Shown: positions 1 to 12,289 of the stretch, piece by piece
Numbering within the stretch: position 1 is the first letter of the stretch
Layout of the letters: each line of letters begins with the position of its first letter
Assembly (NCBI GenBank): GCA_951406725.2
Contig: OX597832.1
Location: 36,890,001-36,954,000 of the forward strand
Origin: Octopus vulgaris
Lineage: Eukaryota
Direction: 5' to 3'
DNA: 64,000 nt
The notes under the pieces: model-generated
Seen by the model: only the letters and a program-made list of their open reading frames with translations
The model's database searches: none
What the model was told of the DNA's origin: nothing
Translations under genes and position numbers: made by a program

Positions 1-44
1 TGCAATGCTTGTGATGAAAATGTAGGGTTTAATGTGTATGCTTA

Positions 45-94
<50 letters not shown>

Positions 95-156
95 AAGAGA
101 GAAAGAGAGGGGTATGTGTATGTTTAGATATACATATACATACCACTCTCTCTCTT

Positions 157-204
<48 letters not shown>

Positions 205-249
205 TAAACAGCTATACTCTCTTCCCTCGTCAGAGCTTCTCATAGCATC

Positions 250-900
250 AAAAAATAGAGACTGAGTTGTTACTGTGTCACAATCTAAGCTGGAGTGTAC
301 GTATGAACAATAAAGTTGACATGGCCTACAGAATGTGCTCCTGGATCCTTAGAACTTTCCAGCCTCGAGATCCTGGTATCATCTTCCTCTTTTCCACATT
401 TGCCAGGTTTCACCTTGAATACTGCAGCCCACTATGGTCTCCCTACACATAACAAAACATTTTGAAAGTTGAAGCTCCCAGAGGTTGATTACAAAAAGAA
501 ATAAAAACAAATGGCACAACAGGCCTTGATTGCTAGGATTACTTATAAAAAAACAAAATATTCAAACTCTCTTCCTCTCCAACACTTCTATGAATGCTTC
601 ATCATTTGTACAATTAGAAAATATTTCATCAGCATTGTCCAAACAGTGATGGTACCAAATTCACAAGTTACCCAAAGAAGGCTAAGGTCCTGTGTTGTAT
701 GCCTTGCACAAAATAAAATTAAGAGCTCGCATCACAAAACATTGGAACACAACTTTTTCTTAAAATTCTTCTGGTCCTGCTTTATTCAGAATTATCCAAA
801 AAGAAATCAAAGAAAAAGATCTTATAACACTCAAATAGTACCTGGAGAAATTCCTCCAAGAAATATTTTAAAAACCCACCAACACCTGGATACATTTCAG
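250..900 (+). mobile_element. Degraded CR1/L2-group LINE 3' fragment (RT C-terminal region)
   Basis: Translation AYRMCSWILRTF...FARFHLEYCSPLWSPY resembles the CR1 ORF2 motif VRPHLEYCxxVWSPY. Stops and frameshifts follow. Confidence 0.75.
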
Positions 901-1311
901 TAAACAACAACACCCTGCTGAAGTTGATTGCAATAGTTCAAAACATGACTGATGGGCTGCTCCTGGTGCTGCTGCTAAGTAATGATCCAGAGAAGTACTC
1001 AATGCAAACTTAATGGTGGAGTTTATTTGGGTTGATCCTGTTACTTGCTGCAACTATTTGTGTGTGTGTGTGTGTAGTTTAAATGTTTTGTGATATAAAT
1101 TGTGTACTTATAAATGATTGGGTAGAGTTAGTGTATTATAAAGTCTCAGAATTTGAGGACTCTGGATGTTTAGGATATCATAATAAATACACACACACAC
1201 ACACACACACCTACATATTAGCAGAATTCAGTTTTGGACAGTGTAAATGCTCTGTCATCTTTGTCATATATATGGAAGGTAAGACACATACAAGTGTATT
1301 TGCCTACCCAC

Positions 1312-1347
<36 letters not shown>

Positions 1348-2659
1348 AGAGAGAGAGATAGATGAGACAGAAATACGAGGTGGTTGTGGCTTTGAAGTTT
1401 TGCTGGCAGTTGTTTGTCTGACAGAAACTACTTCTCTATTGAATCATTTTGTTACCTGTATGTTGTAAGGGGCTAGGAATAACAAATGCTTCAGAAAACT
1501 TGCTCAACCCATACCAGTATATAAAAGAGGACATAAACAAATGAACACATTTAGCATACTTCAGCTGTTAAGCTGAAGCCAGTGGTGTATGCTCAATTAT
1601 ATACAATTTGGTGGAGGGGTTTCTTTTTAATGTAAATCATAGAAAATTGTTTTTTTTTTCACATTTAAATCCCTATAATATCCCATGTAATTAATTCTTT
1701 GGGTTCAGTTATTACTCCAGTAGACAGTTGGATCTTAGTTTTGGTTGGCCATTCGCATTGTATTCACAGCTCTATTGGAATTTCCCGCTGACACAACATT
1801 TGTATGCTGTGAATCAATAAATATATATCTTTTTGTTTGCCCACTTTCTAGTTGCCAACTATAAAGTTTGTTTGAGAACCAGTAACTTTGAATTCTACTG
1901 GCTTCTCTATGTTATTCTGTGTCACTGTAGATGTTGTTGCCTTCCTTTGGCATCACAGTCGAGACTTTGGCCTTTATATTGCAGTGAAGGTGACTGCTTT
2001 CCCTGTTGCACGGTTACAGCAGGTTCTGTTGCTTTTACCATGACAGCAGATGTTTTTGTTACAGTGGATGCTCTATCATAGATGGTGTTGCCATCACTGT
2101 CTTCTTGCCTTGAGTCACATCAGCTTTTTCTTTATAGTGTTCATGATTTATTTGACATTTATCCACTTATCATTGCTACTTAGAATACGAAAATGTTTGT
2201 CTTTGCTAAAATTTCTTATCAGTTGAAATCAATCTGTGTGAAGTGTTTGTGTGTGTATTTATAAGGAATTCAATTTTTATCGCATTCAGTGCTTAGGAAG
2301 CTCCAGCTTCACATTTTCAGGCTGGAGCTTTTGTCTTCCTTCTGATATACGAATGGAAAATAGAAATGTTTAATGTTTCTTATTATAATGACGCAGAATA
2401 ACATTTAGGGTTGATGAAAATGAGCCTTTGTCAATGACACTAGCAATGTAAAAGAAATAAAACCAAGTTAGAACTATATAGTTCAACCCTAAATTGTCTT
2501 ACTGTTTCTTGAGATTTGATTTCGTTTCAAATTTAGCACATTCCATAGTGCCATAAACACTGGACCCTTCCTTTGAAACAAGGCACACACACCTTTAATG
2601 ACCCAGGGCTCATCTTAACTTGGAATATTTCTCTCTTAATTATGGAGCTCCCAATTTCA

Positions 2660-2987
2660 CATCGCTCAGTGGTTAGAATGTTGGGCTCACAATCATGAGG
2701 TAGTGAGTTCGATTCCTGGACCAGGCTGTGTGTTGTGTTATTGAGCAAGACACTTTATTTCACGTCGCTCCAGTTGAATCATCTGTAGAAATGAGTTTCA
2801 ATGTCACTGATGCCAAGCTGTAATGGCTCTTGCCTTTCCCTTGGATAACATCGGTGACATGGAGAGAGGAGAGGCTGGCATGCATGGGTGACTGCTCGTC
2901 TTCCATAAACAATCTTACTTCGACTTGTGCCTTGGAAGGGAACTTTCTAGGTGCAATCCCATGGTCATTCATGGCTGAAGGGGGTCA
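2660..2987 (+). mobile_element. tRNA-derived SINE (family A)
   Basis: A-box-like gctcagtggttag, B-box gagttcgattcc, CORE-like ttgagcaagacactttat. Near-full-length homolog at 29297-29620, inverted 3' end at 11735-11795. Confidence 0.85.
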
Positions 2988-3059
2988 TGCTTTTAACATT
3001 GAGTAGTTGGTCCAAAGTAACCTTTCTGTTACTTATGTTGTATAGAAAATGTGCTCCTC

Positions 3060-3400
3060 TCCAGCTAATCATCATCATTTTCCATTCATTTTCTCATGTT
3101 TGTTCAGAGTAGATGGATCCTCTTTCCCCACAGCATCCTTCCACCAACTTGTGTTCTTTTGACACCTTTTTTGGAAGGTTCCGCATAAGATAATATTTCT
3201 ACCTCATTTCTCAATTTCATTGCCACAGTACCAGCTGCTTGCAGGTGTCCTATACTCCTTGTCTTGCCCTCTTATTACTTCTCTCACCTGAAAGTTCAAG
3301 CTACACCTTAAGGTCCAGTTTCTCTCTGTACTGATATTTCTGTTACACATTCATGGCTTAGGGTCAAGGTTTGTGGGCCACATGTCCCACTTCTTAAGCT
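3060..3400 (-). mobile_element. Probable RTE-type LINE 3' remnant
   Basis: Begins with a catcatcattttcc tail like the other RTE-tail copies. The body is highly degraded. Confidence 0.35.
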
Positions 3401-4319
3401 GGTCTCTTGTCTAACAGTAATGTCTGTTGTGAAGTCACACTCTTAGTGAATTGAAAATAATTTCTGCTATTTGTTGATTCATAGCAACGGTCAGTTTGGC
3501 CACACGGGAAGATAATTTGGACTAATTTTATCACAAGTTAGGCATCTAACTGATTTATGACAGCAGTGACCCATGATTTAATTGTCCAGCCTTTCTCATC
3601 TTCCCATTTTGAACTGTTGCAGTGGATTTCAACCAGTTCTTAAACATGTTCATGTCTTCGGCATCAACACGTGTGAAATTCACATCAACCCATTCCGTGG
3701 GCTTTATTCATTCCGCTGTTGTGTATAATGTATTTTAAATTTTATTCAAACTTTCGGTGCAAAGGTCATACGGTACACTTTTTTTTCTAATGTGATTACC
3801 GTTTATAATGTGTCTTCAACTAAGTTTTTTGAGTTTCTTTTGTGTCTTTCTTGGTTGTTTACAAATAAATTCACACGCTGTCATTATGTTTGCTTCAAGT
3901 TATCTAATTGACAATCACTGTTTCACCTCCAGGTCACTATCAATCACATGCAAAACTGACTTGGAGTTCTTAGGCAGTGCAACCCTTTTTGCATTTAATC
4001 CAGCCATATCTCGTCCAAATACTGTTTTACATTAAAACTAACCAGATCCAAGCCCCTCACTCCTACCCTACAATATCATTCTAAGAACATACAAACATAC
4101 CATTGATAATGTGTTAATTCAAAACTATGTGAATAAACATGCAATACATTTAACGTTCAGCTGAATTACCATCCTGCAGTGTCGTTACTTTTTATGATCT
4201 TAGCAAGGGCGTGGCAGTTTCTGCAGTGAAAGCATTTCCTAACTTTTACAGGTGAATGATTGCTGTTGCTTCACTTGGATCTTAATTTGCTGGTAACCAT
4301 CAGTGGAATGGTCTGAAAC

Positions 4320-4470
4320 ATCATCATCATCGTTTAATGTCTGTTTTCCGTGCTAGCACAGGTTGGATGGTTCGACCAGGGTCTGGGAAGCCAGGGGGCT
4401 GCACCAGGCCCTAGTCTGATCTGGCAGTGTTTCTATAGCTGGATGCCCTTCCTAACGCCAACCACTCCAT
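4320..4470 (-). mobile_element. RTE-LINE/SINE 3' tail repeat
   Basis: catcatcatcgtttaatgtc...gctggatgcccttcctaacgccaacc. Related copies at about 7625, 28520, 37060, 39110, 49150 and 58960 (same orientation) and about 19410 (opposite). Confidence 0.75.
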
Positions 4471-5854
4471 GGGTGTAAAAATTATGAAATTATATCCTAG
4501 TGGTGAGAAGAGATTAATAATTTTAACTCTAATCCAGTTAGCCTATGATGAAAATTGCTTCAGCCACAACAATCTCATTTACCTTTTCAAAGGTACCAGC
4601 ATAACTAGGACTGCATTATCCCGGTGTACTCTACCTTCTGTTAAAGATATAACTTTGAGTGAGGTTTGGCTTAAGTTTCTAGCTGATTAGCTACATAGAG
4701 GAGACTTTCTCATTGGTTCAGTGAAGGAACGGTTGGAAAAGATGGAATACCATCACCTTGTGTATGAGTATAATGAATGTACAAGTATAAAAAAAAAAGA
4801 TACTTAGTACATCTATTAGTTTCTTTGTCCAAAGCTGATGTCTCATCCATTACTACTCAGTTTCTCACTCTCTGCATTTCTTCAAGTGGGAAAATAATGA
4901 ACTCTGTTTCAATGGTTAGAATTGTCAAGATTTGTTAGCTTTGTTGCTAAGAAACTGTTTTTTCTCTTTCTGCTGGAGGTAGAGTATAGGAGAACATTTT
5001 TAGGGAACAAGTAGTGTATGGCAATGAGGGGAGTTCCACGTGGCACACAAAGAGACAAACCTAAAAGGTACCTGCCAGAAGCTTCACAGCATCTGTGAAA
5101 CCTTACCCTTTACTACCAAGAAAGAATTTCAAGATTGTCTTCTTAGTATGCCTATCAGGCTTATCGCGAGGGCTCAAACACAACTGATGTGAGCACAAGA
5201 CCAAAATAAGAAATCGGTGGTCACATCTCTACCATTTCTATTGTTTCTCAATATGGGGTAAGCTCTGTTGACTGCTGCTTTTCTACCAAACTCTAGACCA
5301 TTACATTTGTTATATTTTGGAGAATTCTGCACCCTAATAGAGAGTGAAGACTGTTCAATTAAATTGATGTTAGTGATGGACACAAGATGCCTAATGGTCA
5401 AACAAGCCTAATGGTGGGCTGAGATTCCTAGCATGACATAGTGAATTGCATCTCAATTTTGGTCATTTGAAGAGCATGATCTGTGGATACTGTCTGATAG
5501 TGAGTAACACAAGCTGTGAATATTGTGAGTATATATAAGAGTTGAAGAACTAGTTTGGTGTAATATTTTGTTGAGTATGCAATGTTAAATTTTGGAGTAC
5601 CATTAAATGAGTTATCAATGTTATTGAGAAAGGTTATTTTACAGCAGTTTAAACATTGGAAATGAATGAAGAATGTATGTACACCTGATGGTCAGTGACT
5701 ATAGAGTGTGAAAGACCATTTGATCAAATATAAGGCTATTAAGGCTCCCCCAAGGAGTTTTTACTTGTGTATTGATATCAGTAGATGTAAGCCAATGTTG
5801 TCTCCTCTCATAATGGTTTTTACTTTATTCTGATGTTTTTACATATTTCACACA

Positions 5855-6073
5855 CTAACTCTTTTGATACAAACCTGCCTGAAGTCACTCCTGATATTAC
5901 AATACAAACTTTCTCTTAAAGTGATCTAAATTAAAACTGTCCATCAAAATTTCGCTTTAATTTGTGTTCCAAACACCAGCTTAATAATGACAGTTATTCG
6001 ACTAAATTCATCGTTATTTCCAAAATTAACTAAAACAGTTTATTTCAATAGAAATAAAGTAACAAAGGGATTG
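5855..6073. mobile_element. piggyBac-like MITE (family P2), degraded ends
   Basis: Body aligns by eye with copies at 30692-30880, 36097-36669 and 48519-48726 that end in (TTAA)CCCTTT...AAAGGG(TTAA). Confidence 0.6.
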
Positions 6074-7593
6074 AATATTTTGGCATTCTTATAGAATAGA
6101 GTTGGGAATTGTTTACCACCAAAAAAGAAAAAAAAATCCTAATTTCTTCAGATCTGTATGTTTTAGGCATCAGGGCTTATGAGGCAGAGGGGGGAATTAG
6201 GTGTGGGGCCATCTCACCTCATAACTTTCCAGCTTTGACTTTTCCCTGAAAATCGTTTTTTATGCTTAAAAGGTACAGCCCCAAAGAAATTATGTTCTCA
6301 CTCTGCTGTAGGAATGCCAGTATGTTTTATCAATTATGAATTATTGTTTCAAAAATATGTTAAAGGTGTTTAATTTACAGATCAAGTTTTTAAGTGCAAA
6401 ATATTGAGATAATTAGTTTTTAGTCATTTTAAATGGATTGGTATTGCAACACTTGAGCATATCACATTTCTGATCCTCTACATTTGCTAAATGTAGAAAC
6501 TATATCTTCCTCAAATCACACCTTGCCATCTTGAAAAAAGGAAACGTAAATTGGATAATGTAGTCTTAGATAGGCCTAGGGTTAAGTAATAATCACCTCA
6601 GTCCAACTGTTATAATAAACTATCAATTTAACTTTTCTGCCTTATTGTTGCTTGTCTTAAGATCTCTCAGTAAAAATACCATATAAGGCCAGTATAAGGT
6701 CTTTTTTATTTTATTTTCTTATAAAACTCGTGTAGTTGTGAAGTATGTCTCTGTTGAATTTGTTGATTTACTAAATTAGCCCTTTCTGTCCTCTTATACC
6801 TGCATAGTCAGGTAGGTGCCAGATCTTACTTGTTCAGTTTCCTTTTTACACAGTCTGGTATTCTGGAATTCTCTTCTTGCACATTTTTTTCTGCAGCCTT
6901 TAACTTGCAAATATTCCCAAGGAACATTTGCAAGTTGAAGGCTGCTCGATAGACTCTAGTCACAATCCCTTCCTTCAAACCGAACCAATAAATGAAGAAA
7001 GAAAATAAGAATTTTTTGTGAAAAATATTTGGTAAATGAGGCTTCTTTGAGCCTGCATTGTCAGTTTGACATGAATAAGTATCCCAGAATGAAAGCAAGT
7101 TGAGGAAGTTTAGGCCATAAAAAGAAAAGAACATTAACTTGAAGAATAACAATTGATTTGGAAATGTGCCAAGTGTATGGTGGGATAAGAAGGAACTTCC
7201 TGCTAACCCACTTTATATACACGATGTGTATATCAGCGTTTCTTTAAGTAGCTTCCATTAAAACATTCTGGGATTCTGCAAGATAAGAAGTGTTTGATAA
7301 AATGCAATAATGATTTATTTTATTAAAAAAATAATGTTTTTTTCACCATTATCAAAATAAGTTACTAGCAAATTTATGGAAATTCTACAGGTTTCATTAG
7401 TGAAAGCTGAGAGCTACAGTTGTGATGATGAAGATGACAGCAAATGGCAGGCAAGATGGAGAGGGGGTGGAGTGAGAGGGGGAGTTGTGACAAATGTTGG
7501 TAGAAGTAGTAACAGTGAAAGGTGGGAGAAAAAGTGCAGATGAATCAAAGCAGATGCATAATCATACACTTGTGCCCCCCACCAAGTGCACAC

Positions 7594-7626
<33 letters not shown>

Positions 7627-8060
7627 CATCATCATTTTAATGTCCACTTTTCCATGCTGGCATGGATCAGATAGAATTTGTTGAAGCAGATTTTCTATAG
7701 CTGGATGCTTTTCCTGTCGTCATCTCCCCCACCCTGCCCCCTTTTTCTGGGGCTGAGTACATATTTTGCTGAGGCTGAGGACATTTAGACAGAAGATAAG
7801 AAACTTCCTTTAGCATGACACAAAAGGAAGGTAGGTATGCACTACAATGCCAGTATATACTATTGTGTACTAGGTTTGGGTTCTGTGATTTTTAAAAAAA
7901 TTGGAATTAAGGGTTCCATGACAAAATAATTTTGGTGACTACTGAGTTCCATATAAATGTAGTGCATAAAAACCATCCCTTATGTGCATTTGGATGTAGT
8001 GGTTGTATATATATACACACACTCTACATTATATAAACATAGCATGCACATGTATGTCTA

Positions 8061-8091
<31 letters not shown>

Positions 8092-9744
8092 TCTTTTGTC
8101 CATGTTGTTGTTCTATTATGACAGTATATACCCAAGTCATCATTTCTTTATTTTATTGACAACCAGCAACAAAAACCATCGTCTTAGACTAACAGATCCT
8201 GCTAGGAAACTATTGAGTGATTGAGTTGATTAAAATGCACACTATATATTCACTTGTTTAACAACAAACATCTGAGAATTGATTTATCTATGTCACACAC
8301 ACACACACACACACGTAAACTTATAATTCCTTGGGTTTTTCATTAAGTGTAAATAGCTTCTTGGAATCTGTTCAATTGATGTCTAAAATCTCAAAAGAAT
8401 TGGTCTTTCTTTTGCTTTATTTATTTTTTTTTTGATTTTTAAAAATATATTGTTGATTTCCATAGCAATAGAAATCTGTGGCGTATGACATTAATGGGTC
8501 GTTAAAGTGTTGCTAGTTAGTTGGCTATAGACAGCTTATCGACCGACCACCGCTGCTGATGATGATGGGAGAGTGTGGTGATGGTGATGGTGGCGTGGCT
8601 GCATTCATTTTTTTTTTTTTTTTTAATCAGTTTCTCTGGTCAGATCCCATCCAATCATTTCAGAGTCCTAACTTGTTGATATTGTGGTTAGAATGTGGAG
8701 GAATAGCAACAAAAATAAACAAAGTCCAACTTTGTGGAATAGAAAAGATTTCAGTTCCTATTGTGATGGTAGTTGTTGTTGCTATTATAAAGTATGGACA
8801 ATGCGTATTTGGTTATTTTGTTGTATTTTCATATTCTTAGTTTTATTCCTGAGTCCAAAGAAAGTTGCCAATAAAGGAATCTCACGTTCGCTTGTATCAA
8901 TATCACAGATTGGTTTTATATCTTTAACCCTTTCTACACAAACTTATCTCATATTTTAGCATTCAGATCTCTCAATTTACACTCTGTCTTAAAACTTTCT
9001 ATCACAATTTTGTCTAAGACTCATTCTGTTATGTTCCTTATACTATTAAGATATACCAAGGTGTACGTATTGATAAACTTCATCTTAATATACCATCATA
9101 CAGTTATTCTTTGTTCCATCCCAATTACCATCTTAATATACCAATATATATATTTGGTTTTAGCTATGTTCCAACCAGCTTCTAAATATACCAATTTACA
9201 TATTAGTCTCTTACGTCCTAAACGCCATCTTTGTCCCTAACCATATTTTTAATATTCTAAATATATATCTTTTGTTATTCCAGACACCAAATTCAAAAAG
9301 CTGGTTATTTTATCAAATACCTCCACCTCCACATCTTAATTATTTTAATTGAATTAAAACACACAGACAATATATCCCATTAGAAATATGGGTCTGAAAG
9401 GATCAGTGCTATGTCATCCACAATATTCCATCATTCCTGTGCATCCTCTCTATCAAATTCTTCATGGTTGAATGGTTAAGATGGTGAATCAGTGGTCTGC
9501 ATAAGTACACAAGTACTTAATTATATCATCTCTAACTTTCCACGATTCCTATACATTATTATGTCTATCAAATCATTTGTAGTTGGATGGTCGAGATGCC
9601 GAACTGATAGTCTGTATGGGTACACAAGTACTCACATAGTCTAGTGTAGCCTGTGTAACTGCAACACACACTATCTACTACAACATTTCAGCTTCCCTGG
9701 ATAACCACACTCTCACAATGAGCATCAACTCAAAAGACAACAGG

Positions 9745-9783
<39 letters not shown>

Positions 9784-9786
<3 letters not shown>

Positions 9787-10161
9787 AAAGAAAATGGAGA
9801 TAAGGGAGTTAACAATTATTTACTATTAACAAATTGGTCATCTTCGCTTCTTACAGCTGTTTCAATTAATACTCAGTAATTTAATTACAAATTTGTACAT
9901 CAAATTTGCATTTATGTTACATGAGAATAATTTCAGCAAAGGAAAAAGAAAATGTACCTTCGGATGTTAAATGTGAAATGAATTGATAGGTACATTTTTT
10001 TTTCTCTGATGAAATTATGCTCATGTCACATAAATGCAAATTTAGCATACAAATTTGTAATTAAATTATTGAGTATTAATTGAAACGGTTGTAAGAAGCA
10101 AAGATTACTAAGTTGTTAATAATAAATAATTAACCTCCTAATCTCCATTTTCTTCTTTTAA
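9784..10161. repeat. Long imperfect inverted repeat (about 175-bp arms, about 28-bp spacer), Penelope-like terminal repeat relic
   Basis: ttaaaagaaaatggaga...aaaatgtacct (9784-9959) is the reverse complement, with mismatches, of aggtacatttt...tctccattttcttcttttaa (9988-10161). Abuts a (TA)n tract. Confidence 0.92.
10001..10098 (+). ncRNA. Type I hammerhead ribozyme motif (minimal stem III)
   Basis: Stem I tttct/agaag; CTGATGA 10006-10012; stem II aatta-tgctca / tgagta-t-taatt; GAAA 10082-10085; stem III C-ggtt-G; GUA triplet 10091-10093. Confidence 0.72.
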
Positions 10162-10306
10162 TTGGATACAAACTATATGTATAATATATACCTATTGTTT
10201 TAAGGGAGTTTCATTCCCCAACAATACTAGGGATTGAACCAGTATTTCCTTGGATGCAACCATCCCTTCAGGAGGTTAACACAACCTCTAATTAAATTTA
10301 CGCATA

Positions 10307-11112
10307 CGAGGTCTGATCAATAAGTATCCAGACTGTTGCCATAGTAACGAAGCTAATGCACGCAGAGTGCAGCCACTTGGCACAGATTGACCATGAATTC
10401 TGCTGTGCATGCACACAAAGTTTTAAAGTTTTACTCTCTTCTGTTTACAGCAGTGCTTGGAAGGAAGGTGTGTAGCATGTGATCGTCGCATTGACCATGA
10501 CTGAGAAAGTTGTCATGGCGATACCTGCTCAGAGGCCTACACAAAGTTGCAGGAAGTGTATGGAGAGGAGTGTATGAGCTGCACGCAAGTGTACAAGTGG
10601 TTTAGACGTTTCCAAGATGGCCACAAAAATGTTGATAGTGGTGTACGTTCTGGGAGACTCGCAGCCAGATGTGTGTGCAGCTGTGAGGGGAAATCGTGAA
10701 ATCACCATCTCTGAGTTATTAGAAGATGTGCAGATTAGTTACAGTTCAGTTCATTCCATTATCACTGAAGATTTGGGTATGAGACGCATGTCTGCCAAGT
10801 TTGTACTAAAACTACTTTCAGTTGACCAAAAACACACAAAATCTCTTAGATTGTATCGAGAACAATGAAAACTTTGTGTAGGCCTCTGAATAGGTATCGC
10901 CAAGCTTTTTGGCAATATTTGATGCAGATTCTCTGCTCAACTTTCTCATGATCAATGTGACAATCACATGCTACATACGTTTCTTCCAAGCACTGCTGTA
11001 AACAGTAGAAGTGAGCCAGAATGTTAAGACTTAGTGTGCTAAGCAGCTTCACTCTGCATGCTTTAGCTTCGTTACTATGGCAATAGTCCAGATGCTTATT
11101 GATCAGACCACG
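10307..11112. mobile_element. Non-autonomous mariner element built from two inverted 5' ends
   Basis: TA|cgaggtctgatcaataagt ... gcttattgatcagaccacg|TA. The + strand has transposase N-terminal remnants (EAYTKLQEVYGEECMS..VYKWFRRF..RSGR; EDLGMRRMSAKFVLKLLS). The - strand has a second N-terminus (EKVEQRICIKYCQK). Confidence 0.9.
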
Positions 11113-11148
<36 letters not shown>

Positions 11149-11234
11149 TATTCAAAATGTGACAGCGTGTGTACCGTTGGCGATTTTTTTTTTTTCCCTC
11201 TGTCTTCCCTTCTCTGGATCTTTCCTTCTCCTAA

Positions 11235-11269
11235 GTTTCCAACGAAGAGCTCCGCTCGAAATGTTGAAC
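11235..11269 (+). ncRNA. Decayed minimal hammerhead-like motif within a roughly 200-bp element between (TA)n tracts
   Basis: gttt-CCAACGA-a-gagc(tcc)gctc-GAAA-tg-TT-gaac. Stems I and II pair; the core is mutated. Confidence 0.45.
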
Positions 11270-11360
11270 CCTCCTTCTTTCCTGAGCGTCCAATAATACT
11301 ATATTTGTTCCACGTCCTCGCGTTGTTGTGTTTTTTGTGCTTTCTTGTTTGGATTAACTT

Positions 11361-11396
<36 letters not shown>

Positions 11397-12251
11397 GAAG
11401 GAGGAATATCCAGATTTTCAAAAATATCCAACTTATACAAAAGTAAAACAGTTACATGACTTTTAAATGCCTTTGTAGTGCATCAGTCTCATATTTTTAA
11501 TGTTACATCTCAAAATATCTGTGAGTTGAATCAAACTTTGAAGTGGTGTTGTGTTGCATCCATGATTGGCCTCTTCAGCTTTACTTTCCTCAGTCAGTCA
11601 GATTAATATGTCCCACTCTCGCTTCAGGGTGAACTCCTAGGTTCTGTGAATAGGAATCCTGTGAGGAAACTCTCGAGTAATCCATGATTTTCTTTAAATA
11701 TCAATGGTCTTGTTCCATACTTCTTGGTAGGGGTAAAGGTAAAAGACCCCCTTTGGTTATGAATGACCATGGGATTGCACCTAGAAAGTTCCCCTCATTA
11801 TACTTGGTTACTTTTACTTGCAGAATGAAGGGCAATGTTTGTTTGCTTGTTAGTTTTTCAGTGAGGAATGGGTGTTGTCAATGCAAGTGGCTGAAGAATG
11901 TTATTGGTATTTAACCAGAGAAAACATCAACCATGGAGATATTTGGAACAAAAATGTAGGGTACAAATAAATTAAAACATTTGTTAGCACTGTTTCTCTG
12001 GTAATGTCTGAAACGTGGTTTGAAAAAGTTAAAGTTGTCATCTCTGCCGCTATCACCATCACTACTGTCATCATTGCAATCACCACCATCACCATCGTTT
12101 CTGCCATTGTTAGCAACACCATCATCTTCATCCTCCATTATCACCATAGTTGAAATGTTATACAACATGGTGGAATGTTATATATTCGAGACTATCCCTT
12201 CCTCCCACACATTTCCTTTGTTGTTGTTAGTCAAGTGTTCCAGTTCCGTTC

Positions 12252-12289
<38 letters not shown>

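Noticed and set aside
205-242. Minus-strand CTGACGA next to agctgt and a TA tract
   Set aside because: No GAAA or stem II; at best a truncated relic.
2660-2730. tRNA gene
   Set aside because: A and B boxes are present but there is no cloverleaf; it continues into a SINE body repeated elsewhere.
3420-3980. CpG-containing stretch that may be a DNA transposon fragment
   Set aside because: No diagnostic motif or paired TIR could be identified by eye.
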